A program made the translations under genes and the position numbers. DNA of 64,000 bases from Schizosaccharomyces osmophilus. Its lineage: Eukaryota. The stretch is taken from assembly GCF_027921745.1 (NCBI RefSeq), contig NC_079239.1:2170001-2234000 (forward strand). Reading direction: 5' to 3'. Shown piece by piece: positions 12,619 to 26,716 of this stretch; the first letter of the stretch is position 1; every line of letters starts with the position of its first letter. Below the pieces are notes generated by a model. It saw only the letters and a program-made list of their open reading frames with translations, did not search any database and was not told the DNA's origin.

Positions 12619-13230
12619 ATGGATCAAGAATTGTTAGCCGCAATTGACGATCCCAATACGTTCTCGTACGGGTCCCTGTGGCAGGAATGTCAAGCATCTC
12701 AAGGTAGTGTGTCTCCGGCAGTATGCCAACTATTGAATATTTTCTACCAAGGATCAATTCAAGATAGTTCAGTCGATTGGAGTCAGGAACGATTAGACAA
12801 GCTGCGACTTTTGTCACTAGTAGATGCTGCAGTACGGCACACGGGTTCTAGCATTTCCTATGAGGATCTGTGGAAACAATTAAAATTAGACGATCCACTT
12901 CTTCCAAAGGAAAAGGATGTCATACTTGAACAATACTTGATTCAAGCAATGATGAAACGAATCCTTGTTGGAAAACTTAATTCTCAGTCTCGCACCCTCC
13001 ATGTGTCATGGGCCATGGAGCGTAGTTTGAATGATACCCGAATTCAAGAAATGAAGGATACTCTCTCAAAGTTTACACAACGTTGCTCAAAAGCCTTCCC
13101 GAAAACCGACGCCGATCCTCCATTGACCAAGTCTTATAAACGTACGAGCCGACTGTCCAGTAATGATGGCTTCGATCAGTACGTTTCGGACAAACGCGCA
13201 CGAGCTGACGATAGTCCCATGGAAGGGTAA
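12619..13230 (+). CDS. csn71: COP9 signalosome subunit 7 (PCI domain)
   Basis: AIDDPNTFSYGSL, LLNIFYQGS, KLRLLSLVDAA and LVGKLNSQSRTLHV motifs of CSN7. Confidence 0.82.
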   Translation: MDQELLAAIDDPNTFSYGSLWQECQASQGSVSPAVCQLLNIFYQGSIQDSSVDWSQERLDKLRLLSLVDAAVRHTGSSISYEDLWKQLKLDDPLLPKEKDVILEQYLIQAMMKRILVGKLNSQSRTLHVSWAMERSLNDTRIQEMKDTLSKFTQRCSKAFPKTDADPPLTKSYKRTSRLSSNDGFDQYVSDKRARADDSPMEG

Positions 13231-13856
13231 ACGCTACTTTATGGTTTCAAAATGTCCTCCTTTTTCATGTTATTGTACTCGTGGTAGATGCTGCATCAAA
13301 GACTCTTTCCTTGTGTACTCGTTCCATTGGAAGAAATAGTTCTTTTGATTGCAGAAGATGTAGTTTACTGGCATGAAACAAACTCTTGTATTCACATTTC
13401 TTGATTTTCAATTTCTAGTATTCTAACTCAATAATTCTTGAGAACTCCATGGCTAAAACCACCAACTTGAATCTAAATGCTTTATTTACTTAGTTTAATT
13501 CTTGCATTTTTGCATTTTCGACGATTTCTACACCTTTCATAAACGACCCTAAAAGAATAATAAAATAAACATAAACATAAAATAAAAGTCTTAAAGTTAT
13601 TACAAAAAGTATAACAACGCTCTCCATGTTCAAGTTGTAGTGACTTTTAAAATCCTTTCTTCTCGGATAACCCACTTCTCGGTACGCTCTTACCTTAATG
13701 CACTTCTTTTGATATACTCTGATATACAAGATAAGCCCTAATGCATAGTTCTTCCATTCCTGATTAGGATTTGTTTATAAATACCGTCTACAGCTTATTT
13801 CAATTTCATTTTTACTCTTCTTTCTTGTGGGGTATTTGTTGAATTGTTACGACAGA

Positions 13857-16364
13857 ATGCAACCAAGAGAATTACACAAGTTACTCCTTCATCAGTTGGG
13901 TTCTTTGGCTCAAAAAAGACTTTGCCGTGGTGTTAGACTAAATAAGTTAGAAGCAAATTCGCTAATTGCTTCTCAAATCCAAGAGTATGTTCGCGATGGG
14001 ACTCATTCTGTTGCTGAACTGATGAGTATTGGTAAGAACATGCTAGGGAAACGCCATGTTCAACCAGAAGTAACTCATTTATTACACGAACTTATGGTCG
14101 AAGCTACGTTTCCTGATGGAACTTACTTGGTAACCATCCATGACCCTGTGTGTACTCCAGACGGTAATCTGGAAATCGCTTTGTACGGTAGTTTTCTCCC
14201 CATCCCGGCGCCAGAATTGTTCCCTCACGTAGACGAAAGCTTATATGCGCCCAAAAATGTTCCTGGCTACGTAGAAGTAGAAGAAGGAGAAATCGAACTT
14301 TTACCTACCTTGCCTCGTATATCTTTGCAAGTAACGAATTACGGGGATCGTCCCATTCAGGTTGGCTCTCATTATCATTTTCTCGAAACAAACGAAAAGT
14401 TATGTTTCGACCGTGCAAAGGCCTATGGCAAAAGATTGGATGTACCCTCAGGGACTGCCATTCGTTTTGAGCCTGGAGTCACAAAAGTAGTTCATTTAAT
14501 TCCCATTGGCGGTAAACAAGTCATTCATGGAGGGAATTCTCTTTCTAAGGGTCCATTCCATCAATCGCTAGTTCCTGAAATCCTAAAGAATCTGGTTAGC
14601 CAAGGATTCATGCATAAAACCGAAGTACCAGGCCATGGCAATCTTGAACATATCCAACCGTATCGGATTCCCCGTGAAATGTACGCGACCATGTATGGAC
14701 CCACAACCGGCGACAAGGTTCGTTTAGGTGATACTTCTTTGGTTGTCAAAGTGGAAAAGGACTTCACAGAATACGGCAACGAAGCCGTCTTCGGCGGAGG
14801 TAAAGTTATTCGTGATGGAACCGGACAAGCGACTGGAAGATCGATGAATGAATCTCTCGACACAGTCATAACTAACGCCTTAATTGTTGATTATACTGGT
14901 ATCTTCAAGGCTGATATTGGTATCAAAAACGGCTTCATTGTGGGTATCGGTAAATCCGGTAATCCTGATACTATGGACAGTATCACAGATAACATGGTTG
15001 TGGGCTCGTCTACCGATGTTATTTCTGCTGAGAATAAAATCGTTACTTTCGGAGGTATGGATAGTCATGTTCACTTCATTTGTCCTCAGCAAATTGAAGA
15101 AGCTCTAGCATCAGGAATTACAACCATGTATGGTGGTGGAACTGGGCCTAGCACAGCAAGTAATGCTACAACTTGCACTCCCAATGCGGACCTTATAAAA
15201 TCCATGTTTAGAGCTACAGACTCTTATCCGATGAACATTGGTCTTACAGGGAAGGGAAATGATAGTGGCCATTCTTCCCTTCGTTCCCAAATTGAAGCTG
15301 GATGTAGCGGTATGAAGCTTCACGAAGATTGGGGCTCCACTCCCGCTACCATAGATTCTTGTTTAACTGTTTGTGATGAGTATGACGTTCAATGTTTAAT
15401 TCACACGGATACATTGAATGAATCTTCCTTTGTTGAGGGAACTTTTAAGGCCTTCAAAGGTCGCACCATACACACTTATCACGTTGAAGGAGCTGGAGGC
15501 GGACATGCTCCGGATATTATTTCGCTTGTACAGAATCCCAATATTTTACCTTCAAGTACAAATCCTACGCGACCTTATACTAAAAATACTTTAGACGAAG
15601 AACTTGATATGTTAATGGTTTGTCACCATCTGTCGAAAAACGTTCCTGAAGATGTGGCATTCGCTGAGTCTCGTATTCGCGCCGAGACAATTGCAGCTGA
15701 GGATGTTTTGCAAGATTTGGGTGCTATCAGTATGATTAGTTCTGATTCTCAAGCCATGGGTCGCTGCGGTGAAGTTATTTTGAGGACCTGGAAGACGGCT
15801 CATAAAAACAAAACACAACGAGGATACTTACCAGAAGATGATGGAACTGGGGTAGACAACTTTCGTGTCAAGCGTTATGTTGCCAAATACACAATCAATC
15901 CGGCTATTAGCCACGGGATTTCACATATTGTTGGATCTGTAGAGGTAGGTAAATTTGCCGATTTGGTTTTATGGGATTTTGCGGACTTTGGTGCCAGGCC
16001 TTGTATGGTGCTTAAAGGAGGTATGATTGCAATGGCAATGATGGGAGATCCTAATGGATCAATTCCGACTGTTTCTCCTATTCTTTCCTGGGAAATGTTT
16101 GGCGCAAAAGCTCCTGAAAGAAGTATTGCATTTGCATCGAATTACGCTTTGTCAAATGGTATCATGAGCAAATATGAACTTCGTAAACGGGTGGAAGCAG
16201 TGAAAGGAACAAGAGATATCGGGAAAAAGGATATGGCTTTAAACGGTTATATGCCCAAGATGACTGTAGATCCGGAATCATACACAGTAACTGCAGACGA
16301 TGCCATTATGGAATGTGACCCTGCCGATACGCTTCCTTTGTCTCAAGGGTATTTCATGTTTTGA
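13857..16364 (+). CDS. ure2: Urease (fused gamma-beta-alpha), 835 aa
   Basis: ATG at 13857 (MQPRELHKL). Motifs [34 protein letters not shown] and MLMVCHHL. Confidence 0.98.
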   Translation: MQPRELHKLLLHQLGSLAQKRLCRGVRLNKLEANSLIASQIQEYVRDGTHSVAELMSIGKNMLGKRHVQPEVTHLLHELMVEATFPDGTYLVTIHDPVCTPDGNLEIALYGSFLPIPAPELFPHVDESLYAPKNVPGYVEVEEGEIELLPTLPRISLQVTNYGDRPIQVGSHYHFLETNEKLCFDRAKAYGKRLDVPSGTAIRFEPGVTKVVHLIPIGGKQVIHGGNSLSKGPFHQSLVPEILKNLVSQGFMHKTEVPGHGNLEHIQPYRIPREMYATMYGPTTGDKVRLGDTSLVVKVEKDFTEYGNEAVFGGGKVIRDGTGQATGRSMNESLDTVITNALIVDYTGIFKADIGIKNGFIVGIGKSGNPDTMDSITDNMVVGSSTDVISAENKIVTFGGMDSHVHFICPQQIEEALASGITTMYGGGTGPSTASNATTCTPNADLIKSMFRATDSYPMNIGLTGKGNDSGHSSLRSQIEAGCSGMKLHEDWGSTPATIDSCLTVCDEYDVQCLIHTDTLNESSFVEGTFKAFKGRTIHTYHVEGAGGGHAPDIISLVQNPNILPSSTNPTRPYTKNTLDEELDMLMVCHHLSKNVPEDVAFAESRIRAETIAAEDVLQDLGAISMISSDSQAMGRCGEVILRTWKTAHKNKTQRGYLPEDDGTGVDNFRVKRYVAKYTINPAISHGISHIVGSVEVGKFADLVLWDFADFGARPCMVLKGGMIAMAMMGDPNGSIPTVSPILSWEMFGAKAPERSIAFASNYALSNGIMSKYELRKRVEAVKGTRDIGKKDMALNGYMPKMTVDPESYTVTADDAIMECDPADTLPLSQGYFMF

Positions 16365-16732
16365 GGGATTCATCCGCATATATGGATGGGAGTTTGAATA
16401 ATGCAAAGAACAATTTAATGAACGAGTTAAGCAAGGATTAATATTAGACTTCTATTTACGATTATTCATAGTCTAGAGAGAATATCATAGTACAGCCTGT
16501 ATATTTACACCTTTGCTAAAAGCAGTTTTCGCATTAAAAAAACTCCAGAAATGAAAATGAACTAAAAAACTTAATGTTTGTTTCACGATTGCATTGGTGA
16601 ACAGGTGGGTTCGTTTAAAAATGCGACTCTACCACTAACCCACATGTCTTAGCTCAATGTTGCTCTAAATGAATAGAAAAGTCAATCTTTTATTATTCTT
16701 ATTCAATCTTTTACAAACAGTAGGAAAATAAT

Positions 16733-17989
16733 ATGAAGTTACTCCAATCACTTGGTCGTTTCAAATACTTTCTTCGATCTCTGGCAAAGTCATCGCTATG
16801 GTTTCTTCTGCTGATCACGATGGAGGCAGTCATCAATCTATGTTTTTCTTCCTATACATTTGGACAGTATTATCATTTTGCTGAGAGAATTGAAATTGTT
16901 AATGAGGCTGTAACGTCCATGCTTGTTGTGATCCTTTTAGGATCGCTCTATCTACTGTATGCCGGTTGGGAAGCTGTTTTACAGAAAAACGTTGTTGCCG
17001 TATGTTATTTATTTCTCGGCTATCATCTCTAACCAATTGATTAGACCAGTGCTGTTTTACTATTTCACGTTTCGTTCTTTATTTATTCCATCATTCAATA
17101 TGTGCAACTAGGATTTTGCTTACGCTATGCGCATTGGATTTTCAGTAAATCCAGATTTCTACCTTTCCGTCAGATCAACTTGTATACCTCGTTTAGCAAG
17201 TACGAGTCTGTATTCAACAATTCAACATTTACGTTTTACAATTTGCAAGCCTTCTACGTAGCTTTGCCCGTTGTCATAGGTTTGATTGGTATAATCCTGT
17301 GCTTTTTAGTCTACCGTATGAACAAAGTATATGGGTGGGTTATGTATCAACGGCACGGGCCAGATCTTCACATGAGACGACGATACCTCATTTACGAAAT
17401 CTTTGTTGCTTTGGTGAAGTTGGATTTTTACTTTTGTAAGTTGTTTAGGGAGCATGGAAGCATAAGGGACGTTAGTTAACACAAATGTGTATAGGTTCTT
17501 GTTTAGCGATTCAAATAGCAATGATGAACAACCAACCGACGGAGGATCATTATGAAAAAACTCGGCTTGTTCTTATGCTATTATTAATTCCCTACACTTT
17601 GTTTGTTTTGTCTATTTCGCTGTATGCTGTGCGTAAAGAAAGCTATGTTTTGATGATATACGTGGAGATGATGATGCTTGCAGGGTCGGCGTACTACTTG
17701 TACTATATGGTCGTTGTGTACAGTAGCAAAAGCAATTTGTTTTTGAATTATAACGTATATGCTTCCCTACCTGTGACACTAATAACCGTAACCCATGTGT
17801 TGACCACTTTTGCGGTAGGGATTACATGCATGATCAACTTTGGTCATGGACTTCGTGAATACTGTAAGTGGAAGGGTATCGGATTGTTGCTCACCAATAT
17901 ATTTAGTAAACTATTTGAATCAAAAGAAAAAGGAAGAGTCGAAAAATGCATTGAATCTTCCAAGGTCTCGTAGACCCATTGACGATTAA
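16733..17989 (+). CDS. Conserved fungal multi-pass membrane protein (SPAC1952.10c-like), 4 exons
   Basis: Hydrophobic ORF pieces joined by three GT-AG introns. YGWVMYQRHGPDLHMRRRY, LVKLDFYF and CMINFGHGLREY motifs. Last exon ends RPIDD-TAA at 17989. Confidence 0.78.
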
Positions 17990-19414
17990 AGAGTACCTAT
18001 TCCGTTTTCTTTTTCTTTTTCCTTTTGATTTTTTTGTTTTCGTTAGCGTCGTCGTTGTTGTTTCATAGACAGGTTGGTTTTTTCGAGTTCCATTTAGAAA
18101 ATTTTCTCCGTATTCCTTGCATAGGAAACTCTAATTATGAATTAATGTTTCTCGTTCTTTTCTTGTGATTTTACTTTCTTTTCGTATAGTTTTGGTCCTT
18201 AATAAATATCCATGATCTTGCTTGTTTGCGGTTTTTATTTAGCCGTCGTTTTTGGGTTGCGCGTCTTTACAGGACAAGCTATTCTATCTATAGTCGTCTA
18301 TTGTAGAATGGTCAATAAAAGTTTATTTATCTCTTTGGGTGACGGTCGCAAGTGGAATGGATGGAGAGTAGCTTATAGGAAAGGCATCCTATTTCAAGAT
18401 GATGTTGGATTGATAGAAAAACAAACAAAAAAAAAGAAGCTTACTTTCCGATGTTTCCAAGATTACATTCCATACTAACAAATCCAAAATGCTGTTTTTC
18501 TCATCTATAACACATAACCCAAGATACACTACACTCTCTAGTCAAAAGTCGCTCTTCAACGAAATTGCAACATCTCATTAATCAATCTTTTCCATCAAGA
18601 AAGAAATCAACCTAAATTTTTAATTTTTTACTCATTTCCTGTCATATTTTTCAGTTTCCCTTCCTTCTTGTCTTTCCAAAACAATTCCTTTTCTTTGTTT
18701 ACAATTCAATATTTACTAATGTAACTCGGCTGGTTGTCTTAATCCAAATTAACGAAGTCGTTCGTAATTCTTCATTTCCCGGCATGCTATTGTTACCCTT
18801 TACGAAATCCGAATGTCACTTCCTTTACGTCCATTGGTAAAGCAATATGATTTGCTTATAACCTTAAATCGGCAATGGGAGCCGTTTACGAAAACTATAT
18901 ATAACCGGCCTTGCCGCTTCACAAGCGAACTTATTCTTCACCAGCATTCCTAACCACCATCCGTTCATAAGACTCACCCAAGCGTATTAGTGAACATTCA
19001 TTGCGTTTTGTTTGCATTTGTTTGATATTTAAGAAGAAACGAAATTTGCTATCTTTCTGATATCTGAAATTTCCAAGCTCTAGTTGCTTTCATTTTTGGA
19101 TTCATTTGGATCTGCTGAAACTTGTTTCCAAAGGGTAAACGCGATAGCTTTGATTCTATATTCTTTTTGGTCTCTATAGTAGGTGTTGTTCTTTTTGATT
19201 TAAATCCAAGTTCAAAAGAATCCCGAATTACGTAACAGAATACGAAGACCCATCTCCGAAGTCACTGACTTGCTGGTTTCTTTTTTACGGCGAGTTTCTT
19301 AAATTCCTCTTTTCTCTCTTTATCCCCCTTTCTTTTTCCCACTTTTCTCTTTTCTTGAGAATCCACTTTTCAGTTACTCCCCTCTCACTTTTTCTTTAGT
19401 TCTTCTTTTGATCC

Positions 19415-20980
19415 ATGCCGTCTCTCTTATCCTCCCGTATCCGCAACCCAACTTTCGCCAAGAAGGTGGTCTCTGATCCCGCTTCTCTCATTCCCTACTT
19501 CAAAAATGGCGACTATGTCGGTTGGTCTGGCTTTACCGGTGTCGGTTATCCCAAGATGATCCCTCAAACTTTGGCTAACCATGTCGCGTCCAAGGACTTA
19601 CAAGGGAAAATGCGTTTCAAACTTTTTGTGGGTGCTTCGGGCGGTGCCGATACCGAAGGCAAATGGGCTGACCTCGATATGATTGAGCGTCGTTGTCCTC
19701 ATCAAGTTGGCAAGTCCATCTCCAAAGGCATTAACGAAGGTCGTATTAACTTCTTTGACAAACATCTTTCCATGTTTCCCCAGGACTTGCTGTATGGCTA
19801 TTATACTCGCGACCGCGATAGGAACTCTTTGGATGTGGCCATTGTCGAAGCTACTGCAATCACCGAAGATGGCGGTATTGTTCCTGGTGCATCTGTCGGT
19901 GCTACCCCTGAAATACTTCAGATGGCCGAAAAAATCATTATTGAAGTCAATACCGCTGTTCCCTCTTTCGAGGGTCTTCACGACATCGTTGACATTCCAA
20001 ACCCTCCTGATCGTACTCCCTTGCTGGTCAACCGAGTGGACGATCGCATTGGTAAGCCCTACATCAAGGTTGATCCATCCAAGGTAATCGGTGTTGTCGA
20101 AGCTACTTATGGTGATGTTACCGGCCCTAATGCTCCTGAAGATGCCACCTCGCGTGCCATTGGTGGTCATTTGGTCGATTTCTTCAAGCACGAAGTGAAC
20201 TTTGGTCGTATGCCCCAGCATCTACACCCCATCCAATCTGGTATTGGCAACATTGCGAATGCCATTATTGGTGGTTTGGCAGATTCCCCTTTTAAAGATT
20301 TGGAAGTTTGGACGGAAGTCTTGCAAGACACTTTCTTGCCTTTGTTTGACACCGATAAACTTCGTTTTGCCGTTGCTACTTCTACTCGCTTTTCCCCTCA
20401 AGGTTTCGAAAAGTTTTATGCCAACTGGGATTACTACAAAGATAGAATTTTGCTCCGCCCCCAAGTCATTTCCAACCATCCAGAAATAATCCGTCGTCTT
20501 GGATGCATTGCTATGAATACCCCTGTTGAAGTAGACATGTATGCCCATGCTAATAGCACAAATGTTTTGGGCAGCAGAATGTTGAACGGCTTAGGTGGAT
20601 CTGCTGATTTCCTTCGTAATGCCAAGTACAGTATCATGCACACTCCATCTACTCGTCCTTCCAAGAAAGATCCTACCGGTGTTTCATGTATCGTCCCCAT
20701 GGCTACTCACGTGGATCAAACTGAGCATGATTTGGATATCATTGTGACCGAACAAGGCTTGGCTGATGTCCGTGGTTTGTCTCCCCGTGAACGTGCTCGT
20801 GTAGTGATCAATAAATGTGCTCATCCCGACTACAAGCCTATTTTGAATGATTACTTTAACTTGGCTGAAAAGGTCTGCTTAGCTAAAGGAATTGGCCACG
20901 AGCCTCATATCCTTTCTAGCGTGTTTAAGATGCATCAAAACTTGGTGGAGAAGGGAACTATGAAGATTGACTCTTGGTAA
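19415..20980 (+). CDS. ach1: Acetyl-CoA hydrolase / acetate:succinate CoA-transferase
   Basis: [38 protein letters not shown] and [12 protein letters not shown]. Strong codon bias. Confidence 0.97.
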   Translation: MPSLLSSRIRNPTFAKKVVSDPASLIPYFKNGDYVGWSGFTGVGYPKMIPQTLANHVASKDLQGKMRFKLFVGASGGADTEGKWADLDMIERRCPHQVGKSISKGINEGRINFFDKHLSMFPQDLLYGYYTRDRDRNSLDVAIVEATAITEDGGIVPGASVGATPEILQMAEKIIIEVNTAVPSFEGLHDIVDIPNPPDRTPLLVNRVDDRIGKPYIKVDPSKVIGVVEATYGDVTGPNAPEDATSRAIGGHLVDFFKHEVNFGRMPQHLHPIQSGIGNIANAIIGGLADSPFKDLEVWTEVLQDTFLPLFDTDKLRFAVATSTRFSPQGFEKFYANWDYYKDRILLRPQVISNHPEIIRRLGCIAMNTPVEVDMYAHANSTNVLGSRMLNGLGGSADFLRNAKYSIMHTPSTRPSKKDPTGVSCIVPMATHVDQTEHDLDIIVTEQGLADVRGLSPRERARVVINKCAHPDYKPILNDYFNLAEKVCLAKGIGHEPHILSSVFKMHQNLVEKGTMKIDSW

Positions 20981-21565
20981 GTTGTATTTAAGATGCGAAT
21001 CTTAATCGCAACTGTACTTTTGTCATCGGACGGTTTCAAATTTCGAATTTGTCTATTTCGTTCTTATGTTACATTGTTTATGATCTTTATGATCTTCCTT
21101 CTTCTTTCTTATTAGAAAAAGGTAAATTGAAACGCAACGAATCATTTAATGACCCCCCCTGTCCTAAATCACAGCTGTGAATATAACATTATTTGAACAG
21201 AAAACTGTCTTTCTCTTGTAAAGAACTGTAGTCCTGTATCCATGCTTACTAAGAAGTGCTTAAACATTTGTAAGGATGATCATCTTGAATAGAATTCTTT
21301 ATAGATTAAATAAATTAGTAAATTAGTAAAACTAATTCAACGATGATGCTCAGGTTATAAATGCTAATTATGGTGTTGAATTATCTCATCGTACTATGGG
21401 TCAGTACTAGCAAAAATGAATTTATCGTCTTGAAATATCCAATCACCAGAATTCGCAAAGCATTGTACTTTTCAAAGATTTTTCATCGTTTATCAAGCTC
21501 TTCGTTTTACGTTCAGTTAGGCCCTTGTTTTTCTTTTGGCTAAACTTTCTTTGTATTTGAAAAAA

Positions 21566-22351
21566 ATGTCTTCGACAAAAATGAATCATGATCAACTCCC
21601 AGTACAGGTTCAGCGTTGCTTGGGCTCTTCAAAATATATTCAATTGGCAACATGCTTTCAAGATCAGCCCCATTCGTCCTTGGTAAGTAGCTTCACGACG
21701 AAACTTGCAGCTATATGGCAAATTGTTTCTAGTGCTACCTTGAACGATTGGTTGAATAATAGCTATTAACTATAAACAACAGATGATTTTTACTTACGTG
21801 CCTGCTGGTAGGTGAAGTGTATTAAGTTTCTGTTTGGCATTCTAACATGTAATATCTGTTTAGGACAAGCCCTTCCATATGAAGCTGATGACTGTATCAT
21901 CCTTACGACAGGAGAAAGCAGCAAGAAGTTTTTCAATATCAGTTCGGTAAGAAAAGCCTTTGACAAGTTTCGCAACCCAACGCTTACTAACTCGTAAAAC
22001 AAGAATCCTCGAGTATCTTTGCTAGTCCACGATTGGACTACGAACAGACAAGAAGTAGACCAGGATGCTTCTTCTCTTTGCAGCCTGTTGTACAAAATGA
22101 ATCAAGCTCAATGTTCGACCACTTCTGTGAGCTTGAACGGCTTGGCTACGATTTTGCCTAGCGGCAGCGAAGAAGAAATGTTCTTCCGTAGTAAGCACAT
22201 TCATACCAATGACCAAGGAAGTACAAAACAGTATGTCGAAGGTGAGGGTTTTCGAATCGTTAAAGTGAAATTGCAAAGTGCCCGCATTAGCGATCAACGA
22301 TTAGACCATGTTGTCAAGTGGAATTCTAAAGGCGAGGAAACCCCCTTTTAA
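21566..22351 (+). CDS. Pyridoxamine 5'-phosphate oxidase-like FMN-binding split-barrel protein; exons 21566-21682, 21783-21807, 21864-21946, 22004-22351
   Basis: Spliced product reads LATCFQDQPHSSLMIFTY...KKFFNISSNPRVSLLVHDW...SVSLNGLA. Canonical introns. Confidence 0.85.
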
Positions 22352-22471
22352 GCTTTTTTTTCTGAGAAACTGAATGCCTTCAATTTGATTGTTTTGAAAG
22401 ATTGCTTATTATTATTCCACGATTAGCTCTTTACCATTTATTTGTCTATTTATACAGTCCTTCGTGTAATG

Positions 22472-23566
22472 TCAATCATCTTCCTCTTCTGTATTGTAAT
22501 CTTCTTGGTCATTATCATCTTCCGTGTAGCCATTCTCTGCCAGGTTTCCTTCATCATCACCTTCGTCTTCAATCATCAAATCTAGTGGTGCAATTCGAAA
22601 GTCAACAAAGGTACACAAACCATCTTGACCTACAAGCATCAATTGAATATTCAGCGTTCCGTTTTCATCTATGCGCAAGCTAACTTTGGTGCCTGCTTGT
22701 AAGGCTTTAATAGCCTGTCGAATAAGAGAAAATCGGTATGTATACGTATATTCTGAGTTTGTTTCAAAAGACTCTAAAACATTCTTTTCATTCGGATATT
22801 CCATCTCTGTTGTAGACATCCCTCCTATGCATCGTAAAATAAATGTCGACTTTTGAGAAGAGGTTTCAATCATAAGCGATTCACTCAAGTTATTGTCTAA
22901 CTCTAAAAGTGCATCGTATAGCCAACCACTTCTCATTATAACTTTTGTATTCAGAGTAGTAGCTAATCTGCTAACGTCGATGTTTTCTTCATACTCTAGT
23001 GTTGACAATTCACATATTGTAGAGTATCCTGCCATTTCTTCAACCCTGCATAATCGTGTTAGCACAATGTATTTAATACAAATGAATATTCTCTAAAACG
23101 TACTCCCATTCAAAGGGATAACCAATTCCCTCAAAGTGTATCTTACATACTACACCTCGTTTATGCATAGTATTTGTAGAAGGCTGTTGATCCCATGGAT
23201 TGTAAATTTGTTTGTCTTTTCCATCTGTATATATCGATAAGCATTGTAACAATGGTGCTAGTCTGGTTTTGAAAAGATAATTGCTGTTTTCTTCATCGTC
23301 CTCAAAAATGTACTTTTGAAATAAACCTCTGTCAATAAAGATATGTGCTGTTCCTTGTTAATATTGAACTTTTTTAATTCAGAAAGAGATGTTGATCAGT
23401 AGTTCTCAAATATTCTATGATTGATATTACCTTGCAAAGATTGAGATTCATCCACTCCAAAACGAATTCCGCGATTAGTGATTTCTACTGTACATTCTTT
23501 TGCAAAATCAACACATTTAAGAGTCGAATGAATATGCTTAACGTAGACTGTTTCTGCCTGAAACAT
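22472..23566 (-). CDS. rad1: 9-1-1 checkpoint clamp subunit Rad1; exons 23566-23431, 23347-23104, 23045-22472
   Basis: Starts MFQAETVYVKHIHSTLKCVDF. Contains YTYRFSLIRQAIKAL, KVSLRIDENGTL and an acidic tail. Confidence 0.93.
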
Positions 23567-24882
23567 TCAGATAATGAAAAACTAAAGAGATACAACACCC
23601 AATCTCTAATTTTTAATCGGTTGAAGAAATGTAATCCAAAGAATATCTTTATATTTACGTGTGATTTCAAAGGAACGAAAGCAATACTCGGAAAAAGGAA
23701 GTTTTACACATATAAAGATTCTTAAAGAGTCCGAATCAAAATCTCAATTGAAGACCTTTTACAAGAAACCACCTGAGCGATTGTGTACACGAACGAAGCA
23801 GAATTACAAATCCTTTTTTTTTGTTTCTAGAGGTTGGCAGAGTATGCTCGTTGAATTATATATTTATTCCCATATGAGGTTTTGGCAAGTATAAGAGTAA
23901 TCACTTTCTTTTCTCTGATTTGGTTCATTTTTATTATTCCTGTTTTAATTCTACTAGACGAGATGGAGAAGTTTATCCTCTTGAGATTGGGAAAGCTGGA
24001 ACCAAAGTGCAGCAATGATCAAAAACCCCAGTGGGTGGATAAAGCTCTTGCAGGTTTTCAGGTCAGTAAGATGAATCTAATTGTTGAGATTCTTTATATT
24101 CTTGGGCAGGTCCGTTCCTCTTCGAGGAATTGAGATTTCATTCCCTTTCGACTGGTAAAGTATGCTGAATTAGCCATACCATTTACTCGCAACGAAAGGC
24201 TGAAGGTAATTGATTTATAATAATTTTCTTTTCTCTAAACGCTATTGGCTTCAACCATTCAACAATGCTTGCCAGACATGTTGAGCATATTGAGAAAGTC
24301 GCAACTTTGTTTCATTAAGCTCTTCTGTGCACATCTTTGATGTAAGCATGCAAATCGTTGAACTTTTACTTTAAATTATGCATGTAACATTTCAAGTTCT
24401 TTTAGAGAAGCACGCCCGATCATCGATAGCTCAGTGAATTGAGACCATATGATATTTACTTGAAGCTTTCTGTGTTAAAATTTGTTATATATGCTTTTCA
24501 CGAATCAATTATGAAATGAAGAAGGTATCCATCGTTGAGATTTAGCTTAGCTACGTAGTACTTTCTGACCGTTCTCGCAACTGCTTATTGTGCAAATAAA
24601 TACTTAATGACAAGACAATGTTTACTTAATTTCTTCAAAATATATTTTAGCAGCTTATTTGCTCATGGTTTAAGTTTCATCCACTCTTGATCTTTGCAGC
24701 TCTTCTCATCTCAAGCACTAACCGGTTGTCTCTTATACTTCGCCTGGAAGGAGCACTGTACCCCAAGGATAGACAGGAATCTGTCTTTTACGTACATAAA
24801 GTTTCAAGAATTATAAATTCGGTCGATTTTAATATTGGAGGTCGTGACTTTCGCATACTTGTGCTAAAAAAACAAACAAACA

Positions 24883-26574
24883 ATGAACGTGGATTCTATA
24901 TTTCAAACAGCCAACGAATCCAGTAAAAAAAGAACGTTCAATGAACCTGATTCCACTGAGAAGTCATTGGGCAAACGCCGAACAGACGAACCTGAAATAC
25001 AAGATATAGAAGACGAAGCAGAATTCGACGAAGAGGGTGGTCGCTTTTTTGGAAGTGGATTAAGTGAAAGGGAAAAGGAAAGCTTACATTTTTTGGACCA
25101 GAATGAGGAAACAGAACAACCTGTAACATTAACGACTAACGAACTCAAAAAGAAAGTTGTGAAATTGGAGAAAAGTTTGAACCAGAACCAAGAACTTCGT
25201 TCAAAATATCCAGAATCTCCTGAAAAGTTCATTGAGTCAGAAGCCGACCTGGACGAAGAGATTCGTTCGTTTAACATCATATCTGAATACCCTAGCTTAT
25301 TTCCTCTGTTCATAAAATTAGGATGTGTCACCACATTCTTGGAACTTCTGACTCACGAAAATGCAGATATAATGATAACGGTAGTAGACTTGTTCCTTGA
25401 GTTAACGAACGAAGATATTGATGATGAGGCTCTAAATTCCCTGTTTGAAGCTTCAATACAAACAGGATTTTTGCAAGTGCTTGTCAGCGGAATAAAGAGA
25501 CTTGATGAAAAAAATGAAGCTGATAGACATGGCGTATACTCCATTCTATCGCTTTTTGAGAACCTCGTTTCAATTGACAATGAAGTATGTTCGATAGTAG
25601 CTCAAAAAACCGATTTGCTACAGTGGTTACTTCAACGGATTTCCGTTTCTGAAACCTATATATCAACGAATTTACAGTATTCAGTAGAAGTTTTGGCTAT
25701 CTTCCTTAGCCACTCCCGAGATGCCCGCAAAAGCGTTTGTGAATTAAATGGTACAGACTTACTACTTCGAAAAATTAGTCCCTACCGTTTACGCGACCCT
25801 TCCCAAGGGTTGGAAGAAGAGACCATGGAAAATGTTTTTGATTGCCTATCTAGCCTTACACAGGAAACCTACGGAAAAGACTCATTCATGAAGGAAGAAG
25901 GAATTGAATTATGCATTCTAAACATGAAGAACAAGGGAAAAAGCAGAGAATCTTCATTTAAAGTTATCGATTACTTATTATTTGGACCCCTTTCGATGCC
26001 CTATTGCCAACATTTCGTTCAAGCCGGAGGATTAAAACACATCTTTTCTACTTTTATGAAAAGCCAAAGCTCGGAAACAATAGACCATCTATTAGCAATC
26101 TTTTGTTCCTTATTTCGGTCGTTACCAGCAGACACAATAGAGAGAATGCGGTTTTACAGAAAATTTTCCGAGAACGATTGCGAAAAAACACGAAAAATAT
26201 TTTCAATTTACCGTAAATTGAACGCACAGATAGAGAAAGTAAATAAACAAAAAGATTCAGACCGAACGGCTGAAACTGAAGAAGAAAAGTCCACCCGGTG
26301 GTTTTTGGTGCAAATAGATCATGGGCTATTTGCATTTCAGTCAGTTGTCGTTATACTGGGTTGGCTATGTGTTGAGGACAATCATATGTTAGAGATAATT
26401 AGGTTGCTTTTAACGGAAGCCAATTTCTCTATGAACGATTTGAAGGAAAAGTTATTCCTTTATTATGAAAGCCTAGAAGATCCTGCGATTCAAAACGAAG
26501 AAAGTGATGATGTGTACAGAATTGAAGAAAAGCCCATGATTGCGGCATTATTGGAAGAATTTCCTGAAAACTAA
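24883..26574 (+). CDS. CTNNBL1: Beta-catenin-like protein 1 (Prp19/NTC-associated armadillo protein)
   Basis: DEEGGRFFGSGL, NQELRSKYPESPEKFIESEADLD and EEETMENVFDCL motifs. Confidence 0.9.
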   Translation: MNVDSIFQTANESSKKRTFNEPDSTEKSLGKRRTDEPEIQDIEDEAEFDEEGGRFFGSGLSEREKESLHFLDQNEETEQPVTLTTNELKKKVVKLEKSLNQNQELRSKYPESPEKFIESEADLDEEIRSFNIISEYPSLFPLFIKLGCVTTFLELLTHENADIMITVVDLFLELTNEDIDDEALNSLFEASIQTGFLQVLVSGIKRLDEKNEADRHGVYSILSLFENLVSIDNEVCSIVAQKTDLLQWLLQRISVSETYISTNLQYSVEVLAIFLSHSRDARKSVCELNGTDLLLRKISPYRLRDPSQGLEEETMENVFDCLSSLTQETYGKDSFMKEEGIELCILNMKNKGKSRESSFKVIDYLLFGPLSMPYCQHFVQAGGLKHIFSTFMKSQSSETIDHLLAIFCSLFRSLPADTIERMRFYRKFSENDCEKTRKIFSIYRKLNAQIEKVNKQKDSDRTAETEEEKSTRWFLVQIDHGLFAFQSVVVILGWLCVEDNHMLEIIRLLLTEANFSMNDLKEKLFLYYESLEDPAIQNEESDDVYRIEEKPMIAALLEEFPEN

Positions 26575-26716
26575 CATGAGGAATGGTTAGACTCAACAAA
26601 AGAAATACATGGGTGAATGAATGGAAACTTTAATAGATAAATGCCATGATAGAATAAAAAAAAAGTATATATATTAGATTGACCTATTATCCTCAAAAAA
26701 GACGAACGAATAAGTT

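Noticed and set aside
18691..18702. Ste11 TR-box-like TTCTTTGTTT upstream of ach1
   Set aside because: A single hit in a pyrimidine-rich tract, likely chance.
19598..20700. Several long antisense or alternate-frame ORFs over ach1 (similar ones over ure2, wis2, gcn5 and not3)
   Set aside because: Expected shadows of codon-biased genes, with no recognisable motifs.
1062..22351. Possible vitamin B6 gene cluster (pyridoxal reductase plus PNP-oxidase-like gene)
   Set aside because: The genes are 20 kb apart with many unrelated genes between them, and the split-barrel protein's substrate is unknown.
23600..24800. 1.3-kb gap between rad1 and CTNNBL1 with short ORFs (e.g. 23882-24133)
   Set aside because: Non-ATG starts, no consistent spliced frame on either strand, and no transposon motifs.
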